64,000 bases of DNA from Psammoneis japonica (Eukaryota): NCBI GenBank assembly GCA_008632985.1, contig QPGO01000028.1, forward strand, positions 1 through 64,000, given 5' to 3'. This document shows positions 1 to 13,161 of the stretch, piece after piece. Numbering within the stretch: the first letter of the stretch is position 1; each line of letters begins with the position of its first letter. The position numbers and the translations under genes are program-made. Under the pieces are notes generated by a model. That model saw only the letters and a list, made by a program, of their open reading frames with translations. It ran no database searches and was not told where the DNA came from.

Positions 1-1130
1 TCAAGGAGTTGTCCCAACATTTGAAGGCTGTGGCCACAAAGTGCCCAAGATGTTTGATGCCACAATGCTCAGGCGCTGGAGGAGCTGTGCAAACTTTTTC
101 AATGCCACAGGGCAGTTGTGCATGTTGTCAGATGTCAAAGTGATGCAACATCAGATGAGGCAGGTCTGCTTGCACTCATTGCAAAGTCCAGCCAATTGTT
201 TTGTTCTAAGAAAATGATGAAAAAAGGACTTGCAGTTGGCTGGAATTGCAGCTCTGATGTGACTCAAAACATGACACCCCCAGGATTGGAAAATGTTGTG
301 GTTTTGGGGTCAGTTTTGCATTTGTTTGCTTTTTCTTTCCCTTTCAGCTGGGAGCATCCAACATGGCCATTCTGCGAGCCCTGGCTCTTGTTTTGTGTCG
401 CTGGCCACACACGCCACCGTGTGTGTGGCCTGACTCTGTTGCCTTTGGAGGCCCACAGCCAAAAACAAGAATGCCCAACAGAATGGTGCCTGTGTGGCTG
501 TGCCTGGTGATGCAGCAGAGCAAACCCCAGGGGCACTCATTTGAGCCAGAACAGATGTCCCACACAAGCTGCCAAGTGTGTCAATGAGCGGCACACCTCA
601 ACTCTGCGCGCATGCTTCATCTCAGTGGAGTTGCCAGATGCTGTCTCAAGACATCTGTCATGAGAGACATCTTGGGATCACCCCCACCCAAAGCGAGCTG
701 GCAACACCTGTGTGAAGGTGCAAACAAGATCACATCTAACGACTTGAGTCTGGCACGCCTGCGCACATCTCCTCCCCGGCTGCCTGTTGAAAACAGCGTT
801 AAGATCATTGGCACATTTCTTGAGGTGGATTGTTGATCAGAGGGAGATGAGTCATCAAAGCATGCTTTGTTTGGCATTGAGCACATTGGTGTTTCACAAG
901 TACAGCCATCATTTCAGAGTGCATTCAAACATTGCCAATGAACGTCGAAATGAACGTCCATCCACACACCGTGTCATCGTCCGAACACGACGCGCGTTCC
1001 TTCCCAAATCCAATGTTCAGCCACGNNNNNNNNNNNNCTTTGGCAGAGGAATTCCGCTCACTTTTTCCCTCGCACAAAGCGGGGAGAAATGTTTTGGCCA
1101 CAATGGCATCAGATGACGCGTCTCTAAATT
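1..1130. other. TA/CG-depleted hypermutated domain D1 (open at window start)
   Basis: Only 4 TA dinucleotides counted by eye in 1-1080, versus roughly 2-6 per 60-nt line in the adjacent gene. TG/CA-rich. CG is retained in 940-1120. Confidence 0.85.
1026..1037. other. Assembly gap (12 N)
   Basis: Run of n characters. Confidence 1.
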
Positions 1131-1253
1131 GTCCGGTGCCAAAGTCACAGCCCAGAATGAAAAACTGGGAAAACTCCATTCGATGGCTTTGCTTCCAATC
1201 GTAGTCTATTTAGTTTTTGTCGCCCGTACATTTCATCAGGGATAGGGCTGTAT

Positions 1254-2420
1254 TTGCCATCCAGCAATGAAATGTGCGAATCGACAGACTGCCAATCATC
1301 CAGCTCGCCGACAGAACCTGAGTTTCCCTTTACAATGTCGGCATGTCTTATTGTCAAGGAAGATAATCGTATATTACCGGAATGGTTAGCATATCATTAT
1401 GAGGTATTGCCTCTTCGTCACTTGATTATTGCGGACGATCCGTACAGCAAAATTTCTCCAGAACCCATTTTGGAAAAGTTCCGGTCGTTACCAAACATGA
1501 AGATTGAATTGTGGGGCGACCAAGATTATCTAGAAAAGGGACAGTATTACAATCCAACTGCAGACAGAAAAGAACGACTCCATCTTTTTCTGCAACGTCA
1601 AACGGCATTTATGGAAGCCTGCCTCGACTCGTTGAAGAGGCAAAACAGAACATGGACAGTGCTCATTGATCCCGATGAGTATTGGGTCTTTAACGACTAC
1701 GACAAGCATGAGTCCGCAGAGCCCTGCTGCTTTCAAGATATAAACTATACGGAACGGGCTGAATGTCTTATGAAATTCGATGAAGACATTCACAATGGAT
1801 TGCATCCACGAACAAGACTACCGAAAATTGGAGAGGCAACTGTGGCTGACTACCTGGCCAGCGAGCTGAACCGGACTGACAGATATTGGCGTTTCGATAA
1901 ACCATGCATGATTGTACCCCGAGTGTTGTTTGGGAACAATGTAAGCTCGCCCAATGAAACATATTCCCAAGTCCCCGACGGGTTTGATCCCGAACACTTT
2001 TACACGCTCCGATACCGCCATCATCAGGCGCACCAAAACCGCTATCCCGGGAAACCCTTGATGGACGCTTCGCAATACGATGCAAGTAAAATACTATCAC
2101 CTCATCATCTCAATGAGGATCTTTGCGTCCATGGAGCATTCGTTCCCTATGCAGAAGCCATGTTTCGCGTCCATCACTACATTGGCCCGAGGGAAGAATG
2201 TATTGGTAGAAAATCGGACGAGCAATACAAAGCAAGAGAAGCCGAGATTGAAAAGATTGTTGCAACAAATGACAAGATTAGGGGATGGCTGGAATCGTTT
2301 GTTCAGAGGGTCGGCAAGGAAAAGGCACTAGAACTAACCGAGGGACTGAGAACCCGAGCGATTGAAGACATGGCAAATTTGAACAATGAGGCGAGACGAA
2401 AACTTCGATACAGGTTTTGA
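1254..2420 (+). CDS. Putative glycosyltransferase (GT2/GT92-like, diatom-expanded family)
   Basis: SACLIVKEDNRILPEWLAYHY and WTVLIDPDEY (DxD-type) motifs, plus RVHHY. The true start is probably ~1157, with the N-terminal TM segment frameshifted. Confidence 0.7.
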   Translation: MPSSNEMCESTDCQSSSSPTEPEFPFTMSACLIVKEDNRILPEWLAYHYEVLPLRHLIIADDPYSKISPEPILEKFRSLPNMKIELWGDQDYLEKGQYYNPTADRKERLHLFLQRQTAFMEACLDSLKRQNRTWTVLIDPDEYWVFNDYDKHESAEPCCFQDINYTERAECLMKFDEDIHNGLHPRTRLPKIGEATVADYLASELNRTDRYWRFDKPCMIVPRVLFGNNVSSPNETYSQVPDGFDPEHFYTLRYRHHQAHQNRYPGKPLMDASQYDASKILSPHHLNEDLCVHGAFVPYAEAMFRVHHYIGPREECIGRKSDEQYKAREAEIEKIVATNDKIRGWLESFVQRVGKEKALELTEGLRTRAIEDMANLNNEARRKLRYRF

Positions 2421-2772
2421 TTGATAGAGGTCCATCCTAAAAGTGTCGCTTGTTTCACTTTACCGGCGAGTAGAAACAAAGATTCCGACATTGACAACAT
2501 CTTAAGCTACCGAAAGAAAAGCGTTCCGGAGAGAAATCAAAACGAAAAATGTCCTAATGTGGTTCACCCAAAGAATGCAACGATGGACGGACTTGCTCTC
2601 TGCCTCCGCCCAATGAATTACAGTCTGTGATATCTCGCAGATTTCAATCTTTCTTCTTCTGCATAAATTATTCCGGGGCGGGGACGCGTCGCCAGGGACA
2701 GTTAAATTCAAACAGGAGTATTCTATGCGGATGTACAACATTGTGTGAACTTTTACAGATTATGCACTATTT

Positions 2773-5519
2773 TCATGAGTTGTCAGTGAACCCTTCTGCG
2801 GTCACTGAACTATTTACATGCATCGTCAATGAGCTTCGATCGGGTACTGTGGTCTCTGTTGCATGACGCCCCCCATTCATTTCGCACTCTGGCGCCGCTG
2901 TCGGCTGCTGCCCCTCTGCAGCCATTTGGCCTTTTGCTTTGCTGGCAAATAGCGACGAGGCCTTCTTCATTATTTTCTCTCGAAAACCAGTAACCTTCAC
3001 TTCGCCATGCCCGCCCCCTCTTACTCGACTACGATCTGAATTGGTGTCACTGACTGCCTCGCGGTACGCTTTGACCTTTGGGAACATAATCAATATGAGC
3101 TGTGCCATGGCGAAAACCCACAATGTAATTGAAAATGCTGCAGAGGAATAACGCGTAGAGTGAGCGAAAGGTTGTTACGAAAAGTAAACAAGAAGAAGAT
3201 GTCATGCAGACATTTTTCACTCACCGACATATCTCCCGGATGTCGAAATATCATAGAGGATAATCAGAACGGGTGTCGCAATCAGAACCATCTCTAGCTC
3301 CACCACAATAAGAATAAATATTTGGGCCGATTCGGAATACGCATGATCCACGTCATTCGTTTTCCACGCCATGTACAGAGTCAACAGCGACGCGGTCAGC
3401 GCCAGGGCAATCAAGGGTGCTGCAAACGCAGCAATATGCTCGGATTCACATTGGCCAATGCTTTCTCCCGTCTCTTCGTCCTCGACTCGCACCCATTCCA
3501 AGCTATCCACAGCTGTCCAAACAACAAGGACAATCAAACTACAAACAAACATAATGGCAAAGGGCCAAACCACATGATGGTATTCCACCTTTTGTCTCGA
3601 AGCCTGGAGAACACGGTTGACGCGCCACAGTTTACTAAACAACGCACCGTAGGTAATAATGTGGCCCATACAAAGCAACCACGGGACAGCCATGCAAGCA
3701 CGGCCCAACTCATCTTGGGACCAACCATAACTCTCGTCGACGGAAAAGAAAGCAATGGTAATGGCATAGCACACCGATCCGAGTGCCACAAGGTATAAAA
3801 AGTACGGTTGAGCCGCACGCAGCACGGCATGCTTGCGGTGTACAAAGACCCACAACATGACGGCTACCGCCGCCACGAGTGCAATGCTCATGAGTACCAA
3901 ACCAAAGACTCGAAAGCCCTTTTCCAAATAATTCTGATCCGCTTCATCCCTCAAGAGCGGTCCCACCGTATCGCCATTCGCAAAGACAAAGGGAGCGGTT
4001 GAAATCCATTGCTCATCTTGGAGGGTTTCTCGTTCGGAACTGGCCACAAGATACAAATCCGAGTACTGCAGTTTGGCATGTGGTTTGCCGTCTTGAGGCG
4101 GAAGAGCATTAAAGACAATCCATGACATGTGACCCGGTTCTCGTGCGTGCGTGTAGGATTCCAAAATATTGACCCGTCCCGATGCTCCGACAAAGTCGAC
4201 ATTGTGAATCCCCTCCACATGAGCACTACCCGTCTTGTTTTGTGCCATGCACGCACCCATACCAATGGCCATAATGGCATCATACATGAATCCCGTCCCG
4301 TATTCGGGTGTCTCTGTCTGGAAAAAATCCGGTTCGGCAAAGTAATAACCGGGTTGACCTGGTGTTAATGGGTTCATTGTATTCAAGAGATCCACAAAAC
4401 TACTGTCCTTGGAGAACCATTCATCAAAAAAGTAATCACCACGATAAATGCGTTCAAAGGGCAAAACCCACGACGATCCCGTCAAGAGTTTGGTAATATT
4501 GACATTTTTGGGATCCTTGGCTGTTCGTTCACGATGAAACTCACGTTCGTATTCACCAAACCATACCCAAAAGTAATCTCCATTGTTCATGTCCAATTCT
4601 TCCGCTACATTGGCCAACAGTGGCAATTCTTCATAGGGCGATTCCATGGCTACCAATATCGTACGAAATCCATCGCGTTTCATTTTCGCCATGGCCGTAC
4701 GCATCGTACGGGGATCGTCGGGAGTTTCCGGTTCCACCAGATAGGAATAGGAATGAAATCTCATGTTTTTTGCTTCAAAGGCATTCTTGAGAAGTTGTCG
4801 TCGTTGAAAACCACCATCGGCAAAGGGATAAAAAAAATTAATATAATTGGTTCGATTCCGTCGTTCCAAAACTTGCAACAAGACCGACACGGTTCCGCGC
4901 ATATCGGGATAAACAAGTGATGTGTAGGGATTGGTATGGGGCGAGGAGAGTCGACGATTAAAGGCACGATGTGCCACCATGGGAAATTCTGCTGCCGTGG
5001 CCATGGCGGACAATTCCAATGCGGGATCGTCATGAAAGGGACCGGCAATGGCACAGGGTGTTTCTTGTTCTCTATACAAAGCCTGAATGGCATCGTGACC
5101 ATGCGACGTGACACCAAAAAAACGACTCGAGTTGAAATCAAATTGAATGTTGCAATCGACAAAATCGGCAAGCTCCTTGACGAGAGAATCGTTGCGGGCA
5201 TTAAAATCTTGCATGGCCATGAGTGCACCGGCCATGTGAGAAAAAGCCTTATTGTCGCCACTGTGAAATATAGAGTGTGTGTGTGTGAGGTAAGCATGAG
5301 AAATCAGAGTACAAAAAGAAACACGATTCTCAGTGGTCGTATACATGCGGTATATACTTACAGGGTTGAGGGAACAAAGGTAAATACAGAACATCGACCG
5401 TCTTCACTTATGGCTGCATTCACCGACATGACATAACACATCATGATTAGCAACCGAATGGCCGCTCGCATAGACCACATTATGTTCATTGTAGTAGTAG
5501 TAGGAAGTGCCATGTTCAT
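2773..5519 (-). CDS. Class C (GABA-B-like) GPCR: periplasmic-binding/ANF domain plus 7tm_3
   Basis: ORF 3217-5394 has a long extracellular domain then TM helices (RAAQPYFL, LFSKLWRVNRV). The last exon is 2773-~3150 (LILIMFPKV). The first exon (~5361-5519) carries a signal peptide. GT-AG introns are visible; boundaries are approximate. Confidence 0.85.
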
Positions 5520-5802
5520 GGTTGGGAACCAACTAAGTTGTTGGCGCAAGAATAGAGGGTTTTCGATCGTAAGGAAGTGGTCAGCCCAAGATAAGGAAGA
5601 AGATAAGGAAAAATCTTTGTACTAAGATGGAATCTCCTGCGGAAGTGCATGACCTTGTATGCGGTGCATAACTGTTTTTGATCCTCGTGTTTGAAGAGTG
5701 TACATAAAGAAACCAATTATTGTTGTCAGTGCATGCGTGCTGGAGTGTTCGCACCAGCAGCCGCCGCACTCGCCCCTGCAGGGATGGTGAGGGAGTCCAG
5801 CG

Positions 5803-6220
5803 ACAAAGTTTGCACCCCCCAGGAACGCAAGGGAAACAAGTGCGGTAGTGTGTTTCGTATGGTCAGCAGAACCACAGCGATAAAGTTTGCAGTCCCCCAT
5901 GAACCTCGACTGCAGGAAAGCAATCGCGCGGAGGAACCACCGCGAAAAAGTTTGTAGCCCCCAAGGAACCCCCACGAGAAAGTTTGTAGCCCCCCAGGAA
6001 CGCAATCGCGAGAAGTTTCTGTAGCGTCAGGAATAACAATGGAAAACTTTGTAACCCACAGGAACCCCCGCGCTAAATTTGTATCCCCGGGGAACCCCGG
6101 CGAGAAAGTTTGTAGCCCCCCAGGAACGCAACAGCGAGAAGTACAGCGTCACCGGAATCACAATGGAGAACTTTGTATCCCCCCAGGAACCCCGCGAGAA
6201 TATCCCGAATGGGACTCGTG
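5803..6220. repeat. Irregular array of ~25-30 bp direct repeats (AAAGTTTGTAGCCCCCCAGGAAC[G/C]C), possibly transposon subterminal repeats
   Basis: About 8 degenerate copies near 5805, 5882, 5947, 5978, 6044, 6076, 6105 and 6169. Confidence 0.8.
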
Positions 6221-6719
6221 CTAGACCACAGAGGTGAATGTTGCATATGGGATTCAACGGATGTGACGTAAGTATATAAGCATGATATGAAAAAAGTATT
6301 ATAAAATTAAATAACGAGGATCTGAAAAGCTAATATAAAAACGAGAATGACCCTCACCGAATTTTCGACGCGAAAAACGACGACGCCATGGCGATAAAAG
6401 CAGCTTGCGTTGATCCCACACTACTCTATGCTACAAAACCAAGGCATGAATCGGCGCATATTATTACGAAGATATTATATTTGCACAATGTATACGATCG
6501 GTGGTAACCTTGGTACTCAAATCGAAGGCGTACTCTTGACACCAAAAATGACGCCCTGTAGAAACCCATACAAATTCTACGCAAAAATGAAATCTCCAAT
6601 CATCGGCGCCTGCACAAACGGCGACCGGCAACGCTACACAAACAACCTCAGCAATCAACCAACATGTCACGAGGTTTGTTAGACAATGAATGAGACGACC
6701 GTATCAATAAAAGTGCCAT

Positions 6720-9620
6720 ACCACACAAACGGCGACGACAGTGAGCGGGTCATTGTCGATGCAGCGGATTTGTGCGACTCCGATGGCCACGGATTGAGAA
6801 TTTCACGCTGTGGGGTAAAAGCGAAGACACACGGGCAGACGAAAAATGCATGACCTTCGGTCATGCATATGACGTCAGCTGTCCCGCAGCGCGTGCATTT
6901 GGCGCGCGACCATCCAGCGACATGCCATCACAACATGGAACGAACACCACTCGTCGTGACAGCCATTGTCGACTATTGACAATGCGGGTAGCCAGAGAAA
7001 GCTCAAGGAACTCCTTGTTGACAAGTGCAACTGTTCAATGTCTCTTCTCCCAACTTGAGCTTGTTGTGGACTCGATTGGAGACAACATGCTGGAAGAGAG
7101 CATGGGAGCATCTTGTCTCTTTGTCCTCAAGAATGTGGTGCCTAACGGCGTCTACCTCACTCGTTGAATGTAGTGTGTTGAAGTGTGTTGGGCAGCTACA
7201 GGCTCTAGACAAGTCGTCGACCGCTGGCAGCAGATGAAAGGATCATGCCAGTTGTTGCCACGCAGCAAATCACGATGATTGGTTTTTCCTTGTCTGGTTT
7301 CCTTGTCTTTCCTCATCTGAGGAAATTCAGGGTCAAACAAGGAATTCCCTACGATCGAAAACCCCACGCAAGAAGCTTCAGCAGCACTCGTGTGTTTTCT
7401 GTTTTCTCACAAGTGTCATTCTCAACCCTGAACAGTGGCCAGTCACGCATGTTGCGAAACCGGGCTGCCTTGCTGTTGGAGTTGGCATTTCATCCCATGA
7501 CGTCATTTGCTGCACCGCATTTCAAGATGTTTAATTCTGAATGACAACATTGCAATTTTGCCCACGGTCTCCCTGATGGGGGATGCACCCTTCGTCGCGT
7601 CATCTTCCAGAACCACGTCACGTCTCGCCAAAAAGAGTGAGAGATTCCAAAGAGATTCTCCGTCGGGTGACGATTGGTGCATTGCAACTCCTCTTTCTTT
7701 TCACGCACACGACAATGGAAGTTTTAGAAGCCTGGCAGAGAAGAGCAGGTTGAAACATCATTCAGGCAAACAAACATCCCCGATGGCCACAAACAAGAAC
7801 ACACGTTGTCCCAAGAAAACAGACCTTTTGCTTTCCGAAAAAACAAGAAACACACCATGCTGACAGCTGGCACACCAGCTCAAAGTTTTTGCCAGACCTC
7901 AAAAACACTTGCAAGTTTTTCTGAAAAAGGGGTTTCCACCAAGACTGGCCAAAACAAAGTGGAAAGATGGTGACAAGGCTGTTTCAAGCAATGCCATCCT
8001 CAATTTCTTCTGTGAAAACACACAAGGCTCGTGGGCTCTGCCTCTTTTGGCTCTTTCTGTTTGTTGCTGAGAGCAGCCCCCTGGCACAAGGGAAAAAAGT
8101 GGTGCAGCACTCCCATGTTTTTCTCTGTTGCTGAGGAGCTGGTGTTGAAGTTGCTGTTGTTGTTTGGAACAAGCAAATGCAAAGCATGATCTTGCAAAAA
8201 ATCCCTCTGCTTTTTGGTGCGCCGGAAAAACAAAACAGCAGCCAGCCATTTTTGATGTTGAAGAAACACGAAAATGTGGCACACACACACACAGCTTGGC
8301 AAGCAACAAATGGGTTGCCAAAGCACTGCTGTGAAATTGATAAGGCTGGTTTGCTGCTGGAAAAATGGAAATCATGCAAACAAGAAGAGCTGCGCAGGCT
8401 CTCCTGCTCATTTGTGATTTGGGTGGCATCAAAAAGTTGCCCTGCATTTCTCCGATCCTGGGTGATGTGTGATGTTTGCAAACATTTGATCATGGTGTTG
8501 TTCTTGCACACTGTGCCGTGCATGCATTGGGGGACAGTCAATGCATGTGGTGCGCCATTTGCAGATGCTCTGGCGCCCTCTTTTGGAAATGCCAAAGTGG
8601 GTTTGCCCATGCCCTCTGGGCTGGGTGCTTCCCAGACACTGGAGCACAGTGGCGCATGCTGCACAATCTTGTCATGTTGTCCAGTGAACATGCATCATAA
8701 AAAATTGCCTTGATCAGCCTCAACAACAGTGCTGTGGCTGTGCTTTCATCCAGCCAAAGTGGGTGCTGCCCAGCACACACTCAAATGATGGATGCCATCC
8801 ATCTCTGCCCTCAAACTTGAAAGGCAGAAGTGCCAAGCAACACAAGCTGGCCTTCACTGTTGGTGGTGCCGTTGGTTTGCTCCTCACAGCACCACCTTCT
8901 GTTTCTGTTGCTCAGTGTGATTTTGTGATGAAGCCAGCACCAACCATTGTGTTGGGCTCTCTGAAGCTGCTTCAAGAGTCGATGGCAGCCATTGCAGTGC
9001 CCAAAACTCACAACCAAGATGTCCACAAGAGCCCTGGCTGCTGGGTTGTTTCTGGTGCACTGCATGGGAAGCTCAATGAAGCTGGTGGGTTTGGCACAGA
9101 AAGCACTTGCTTGAGAAATGCACAAAAAACATCTCAAAACACACAATGATGGGGACTCACACTGAAGACAAGGCTGCTGCTTGGAAATGTTGTCACGTCT
9201 GGGTTGGTTGATGGCTTGGGAAGGAAGCCACCTGGCAACCAGTTTTGCAGCCACCTCTCAATTGCTTCTTGGAGTGTCATCGGAAGATGGCAAATGCACG
9301 ACTCAACATGTGCAGGCTCTCCAGTGCAATGTGACATGGAATGCAACAGCTCAAACACACAGTTCAAACATGCCCCAATCTTCAAAGTAAAATCCTGATT
9401 CTGGCAACATCTCTTCAGATGCACACAATGTGCTCCACTGCAATCCCAAAAGTGTGGCACAACAAACGCACTGCACAGGTCCATTTTTTGGAACAAAGCA
9501 ACCAAACCATGCATGACAAGCAGCTGGTGGCTTTCAGACTGCACTGCAAACACGAGTCAGTGGTTGTTCCAAATGTGCCACGTGCACCATGGGCATGGAC
9601 AGATCTTAGAAGCACATTCA
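6720..9620. other. TA/CG-depleted hypermutated domain D2
   Basis: About 6 TA counted by eye in 7210-9600. CG persists in 6720-7700 and is scarce in 7850-9600. Many overlapping Cys/His-rich, Tyr-poor ORFs. Confidence 0.85.
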
Positions 9621-9762
9621 AAAACGAGACCGGCCGGCCCCAAAAATTTGCAACTTTGCCTCTACGGGAATCAATGGGATTTTCAGGCGAAGACGAACAG
9701 CGAAAAATAAGCTCAGGGTCTCTCATAACTCTTGAAAGAGAACAGAAAGGTTTTTCTTCACG

Positions 9763-10170
9763 ATGATGGACAGTGACGGCAACATTGAAGCCACCGTCGA
9801 CGTTGGAGGCAGCGATTTGCTATCTTCGATGCGAACAATCTGCTTCAAGTTTCACCACTTTGAGAATCTCCCTCAACAACGTGGAGAGGGAGTCACTTCT
9901 CCAGAATTTGCATTGCGCTCTTCTCAAGGAAGTTGCAGTCCAATTCTTTGTTGCCAACAGTGACAGGGCATTGGAACTAGAGTCTTTCAAGTCGATGGAC
10001 TCGCCAGAGGTACTTCGCGAGCTGACTGAAGCACTCGCGAAACCTAAAGCCTATACCCAGGATGAAGAGAACATTGACAGCATGAGCGTCGGTATCTTGT
10101 GCGAACAGCTCAGTGAGGCGGGGTTCGACGTTGACGGTTCCCGCGAAATGCTTGTTTAGCGTCTCAAGGA
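9763..10170 (+). pseudogene. Internally deleted MATH-BTB-SAP gene remnant
   Basis: The N-terminal MATH start (EATVDVGG...FKFHHFENLPQQRGEGVTSP) is joined at ~9912 to the BTB-end/SAP region (CALLKEVA...GFDVDGSREML). Both parts are homologous to 36385-37593. Confidence 0.8.
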
Positions 10171-10359
10171 GCTTCGTGAAGATATCTCTGAATAGGGCTC
10201 GCTCGCGCCTCGAAGCACTGACTATCCAAGTCTCCGAGAGCATTTCAAGAGGTGAACAGCTCCGTACTATTGGCATTGAGTACGAGCAGTTCTGTATGAG
10301 CCACTCATTTTAGCATACTATGCTGAACGGAATTAGTAACGACATCTAAACCACTTACT

Positions 10360-13161
10360 CTAGCTCTCAATAGCGCCTTCGCGACTAAACACCCGTCCAC
10401 CCTTGAGAAAGCCGGCAAGAGTGTTGGGTGGCGGTTTCAACATATCCGGCATGAACTTGACTTGAAGAGAATTAAACGCAAACAAGGCCTGCCCCACGTT
10501 CTTTTCGCAGACCGGAAGACGCGTTCCATACACACGCATCAGGGTTGCATTCTCAAAGACCCCGTCTTGATTGGCATTTGCGTCCTTTTGCAACAAGAAG
10601 CGACTCACAAACTGCGACTGCTTGTAGGTGACTTGCATGGCGGTACGGTCCTTGCCGCTCTTGCAAAAGACAACGCCCCCGCCACCCAAGCGCTGTGCCA
10701 CAAAGGCAGCCTCGTCGACAATACCGTGAACCATTTTCCCAGCCGACGACATGACCTTGGCATGAAGCGACGTCATGAGGGGATGAATCGTTTGTTGCTG
10801 CTGCTGCTGAGTAGAAGAGATATCCAACAAATTGCCGGACGGCGCCACGGGTGAAATCATGTGCGCATAATTGTTCATTTTGCGACACGCTTCCATATTC
10901 AATTGAATCAAGACATCATTGTCGGGAGTGCCGACATCGTCGTCTTCATCATCAATAATTCCACCACCCGTTGCTTCTTGCCCATCATCTCGTGAATTCA
11001 AATTCTGCTTGGCGTGTGCACCCCACTGACGAATATCGACTCCCACTTGATACAAGAGCGGATACAAGCGCACCGACGCGCCGTTGCGTAGTGGTTCTGG
11101 AATACGCTGCTCCTAATACAAGTGATCCATTCCGATTTCCAATCGATATTGCGTCGAGGAACCCTTGCCGGTATACGAGATTTGTACCCATTGCAAATAG
11201 GGTGAGTGCGGAACCGCTACTCTCGTTCCCGCCGTGCTGGGTTCATTGCCCGACACCAAGACAATTTCCACCATGCTTAGCATGGAAATACCCACACTCG
11301 CGTCTTCAATCATGCCCAATTCCTTCCCGGCCGCACTCAATAGACCCTCAAAGGCTACAAGATAACCGTGTCGTTTCCACAAATCCGGCCATCCCTGTTG
11401 CAACTTTGTCACATCCGACAGACTTGTCAAGTACGAACTCACGGCAATGCCGAGTGCTTGCGAAAAGCAATTGGCACGACGAACCGCACACGTCCAAGTC
11501 AAGGATGCCAAATGTTGCGTAATTTCAAACACTCTCCAACGCTTGGCACTAATATCGGCATGACGTGCCGACACGTGTGTCGTGCCTGGAACCGATGATA
11601 AATACTGTCCAACCGCGGCAATGAGAATCGATTGAGCCTGTTCCAAGGCTCTTGCCAATTCCAATCGTTTCGCTTCAAGTCGTCGTAATCCACCCCGAAT
11701 GGTTCCCACCGCCGTTGTGGCATCTCCTAGATAATTTCCAAAATTCCGTGCATGATCCGCCGGTGCACCGCACGTGACATTGGAAAACATGGCATTCGAA
11801 TGTGGTGCCGCCGATCCTTGTTGCAATACCTGCAGAGATAACGATTGTACGTGTACATTAAAACCAATGCCGGCCAAAGTCTCCTCCATGCGACTCGAAC
11901 TCGGACGAAAGGGTTTGGGTGACATATCTTGCCAACTTTGGACAGACGCGTCGTGCAATTTACCCACCAATCCATTTTGGTACAGATCCAATCGCTTTTG
12001 CAACAATTGCAGGTCTTTGTTTCGTTCTTGTTGAATGTGTGCTTGTAAGTGAGCATGTGTGATAAAATTACCCATGGTTTGCAATTGCGAGATACGCAAT
12101 TGTTTGGCTGCATCAAGGCTTTGTGGTACTGGGGCAGATGGACACGACATGGTATCATAATCCAATACGGGCAAGGTACCCGTCTCTTCCAAGAGTGTAT
12201 CCAATCCCACCAAGGATACCAATCCACCCCGTGCCGAAACAATCGTAGGTGCTGCAGCATTATCATTATCATCCATGCCAATGACCACTTTGAGTTGCAA
12301 ATCACCCATTTTTTGATTGGCTGCGTTATAGACGGGAATGGAAATAACTTGTTGTTGTTGCTGTGAAATACACGACTCGAGACTCAACAAGGCTTGCCAC
12401 GTTTCTTCCAATGGTTGCATGGAACTGTTGTTTGGTCGTCCTGCTCCCGCAGTATTATTGTAGGCAATACGCAATTGAAACCGCAACGTTCCCAATAACA
12501 CGTCATGAGACGAATTACGCAACGATGGCAATACTCCACTCGAGTCCTTTTTCATAATTTTGGCATGAAACGGAACCGATGAGGATTCAACAAATTCTCC
12601 AGATAGAGCTTGTGTATGGACCGCCAGTTTGGTTCCGGGCGGAGCGAGTTCAACTTCAAAAATGGAATCGGGACGTTGCCACGAAAGTGATGTCGTGACA
12701 GTCAAGGTATTGGTTGCTTCTTGTTGTTGCAATACTAGATACCCCATTCCAACATGAACATGTGCATTGCGTCCCTCCATGGAATCGTGACGATTCGCCA
12801 ATAAAGCAAGGGATACACTCTTGGCGTGTTCCAAAGAAATCTGGGAAGCATCTTTTAACAATCCCGCATAGGCGGTTGCCAGAGGCAACACGACGGAACT
12901 TTCAATACACCGTTCCGTGGCCACGAGCCAACTACTCGAAGAAGTAGTAGTAGTAGTATTGACATAACCATACGATGCATCCAGAGGCAAATTGTAAATG
13001 CCATTGTATCCCGATGGATTCGTCAAACTCCATCCCAATCCACACAAGACGGGATGTTTTAAATCCGTCACGATACAACAATGTAATTGTCCACCCACCA
13101 CCACGTGGGATTGTAATTCTACAAAATCAAAACCAAACGTTCCACCCGATTGTGTTAGAGT
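10360..13161 (-). pseudogene. 5'-truncated inverted copy of the inositol polyphosphate 4-phosphatase-like gene
   Basis: Near-identical to 28470-31278 and contains CKSGKDRT. It lacks the first ~210 codons and has an in-frame TAG at 11113-11115 where the other copy has TAT. Confidence 0.85.

Noticed and set aside
5803..6220. Possible CRISPR array
   Set aside because: The repeats are degenerate and irregularly spaced, the spacers are themselves repeated, there are no cas genes, and the context is eukaryotic.
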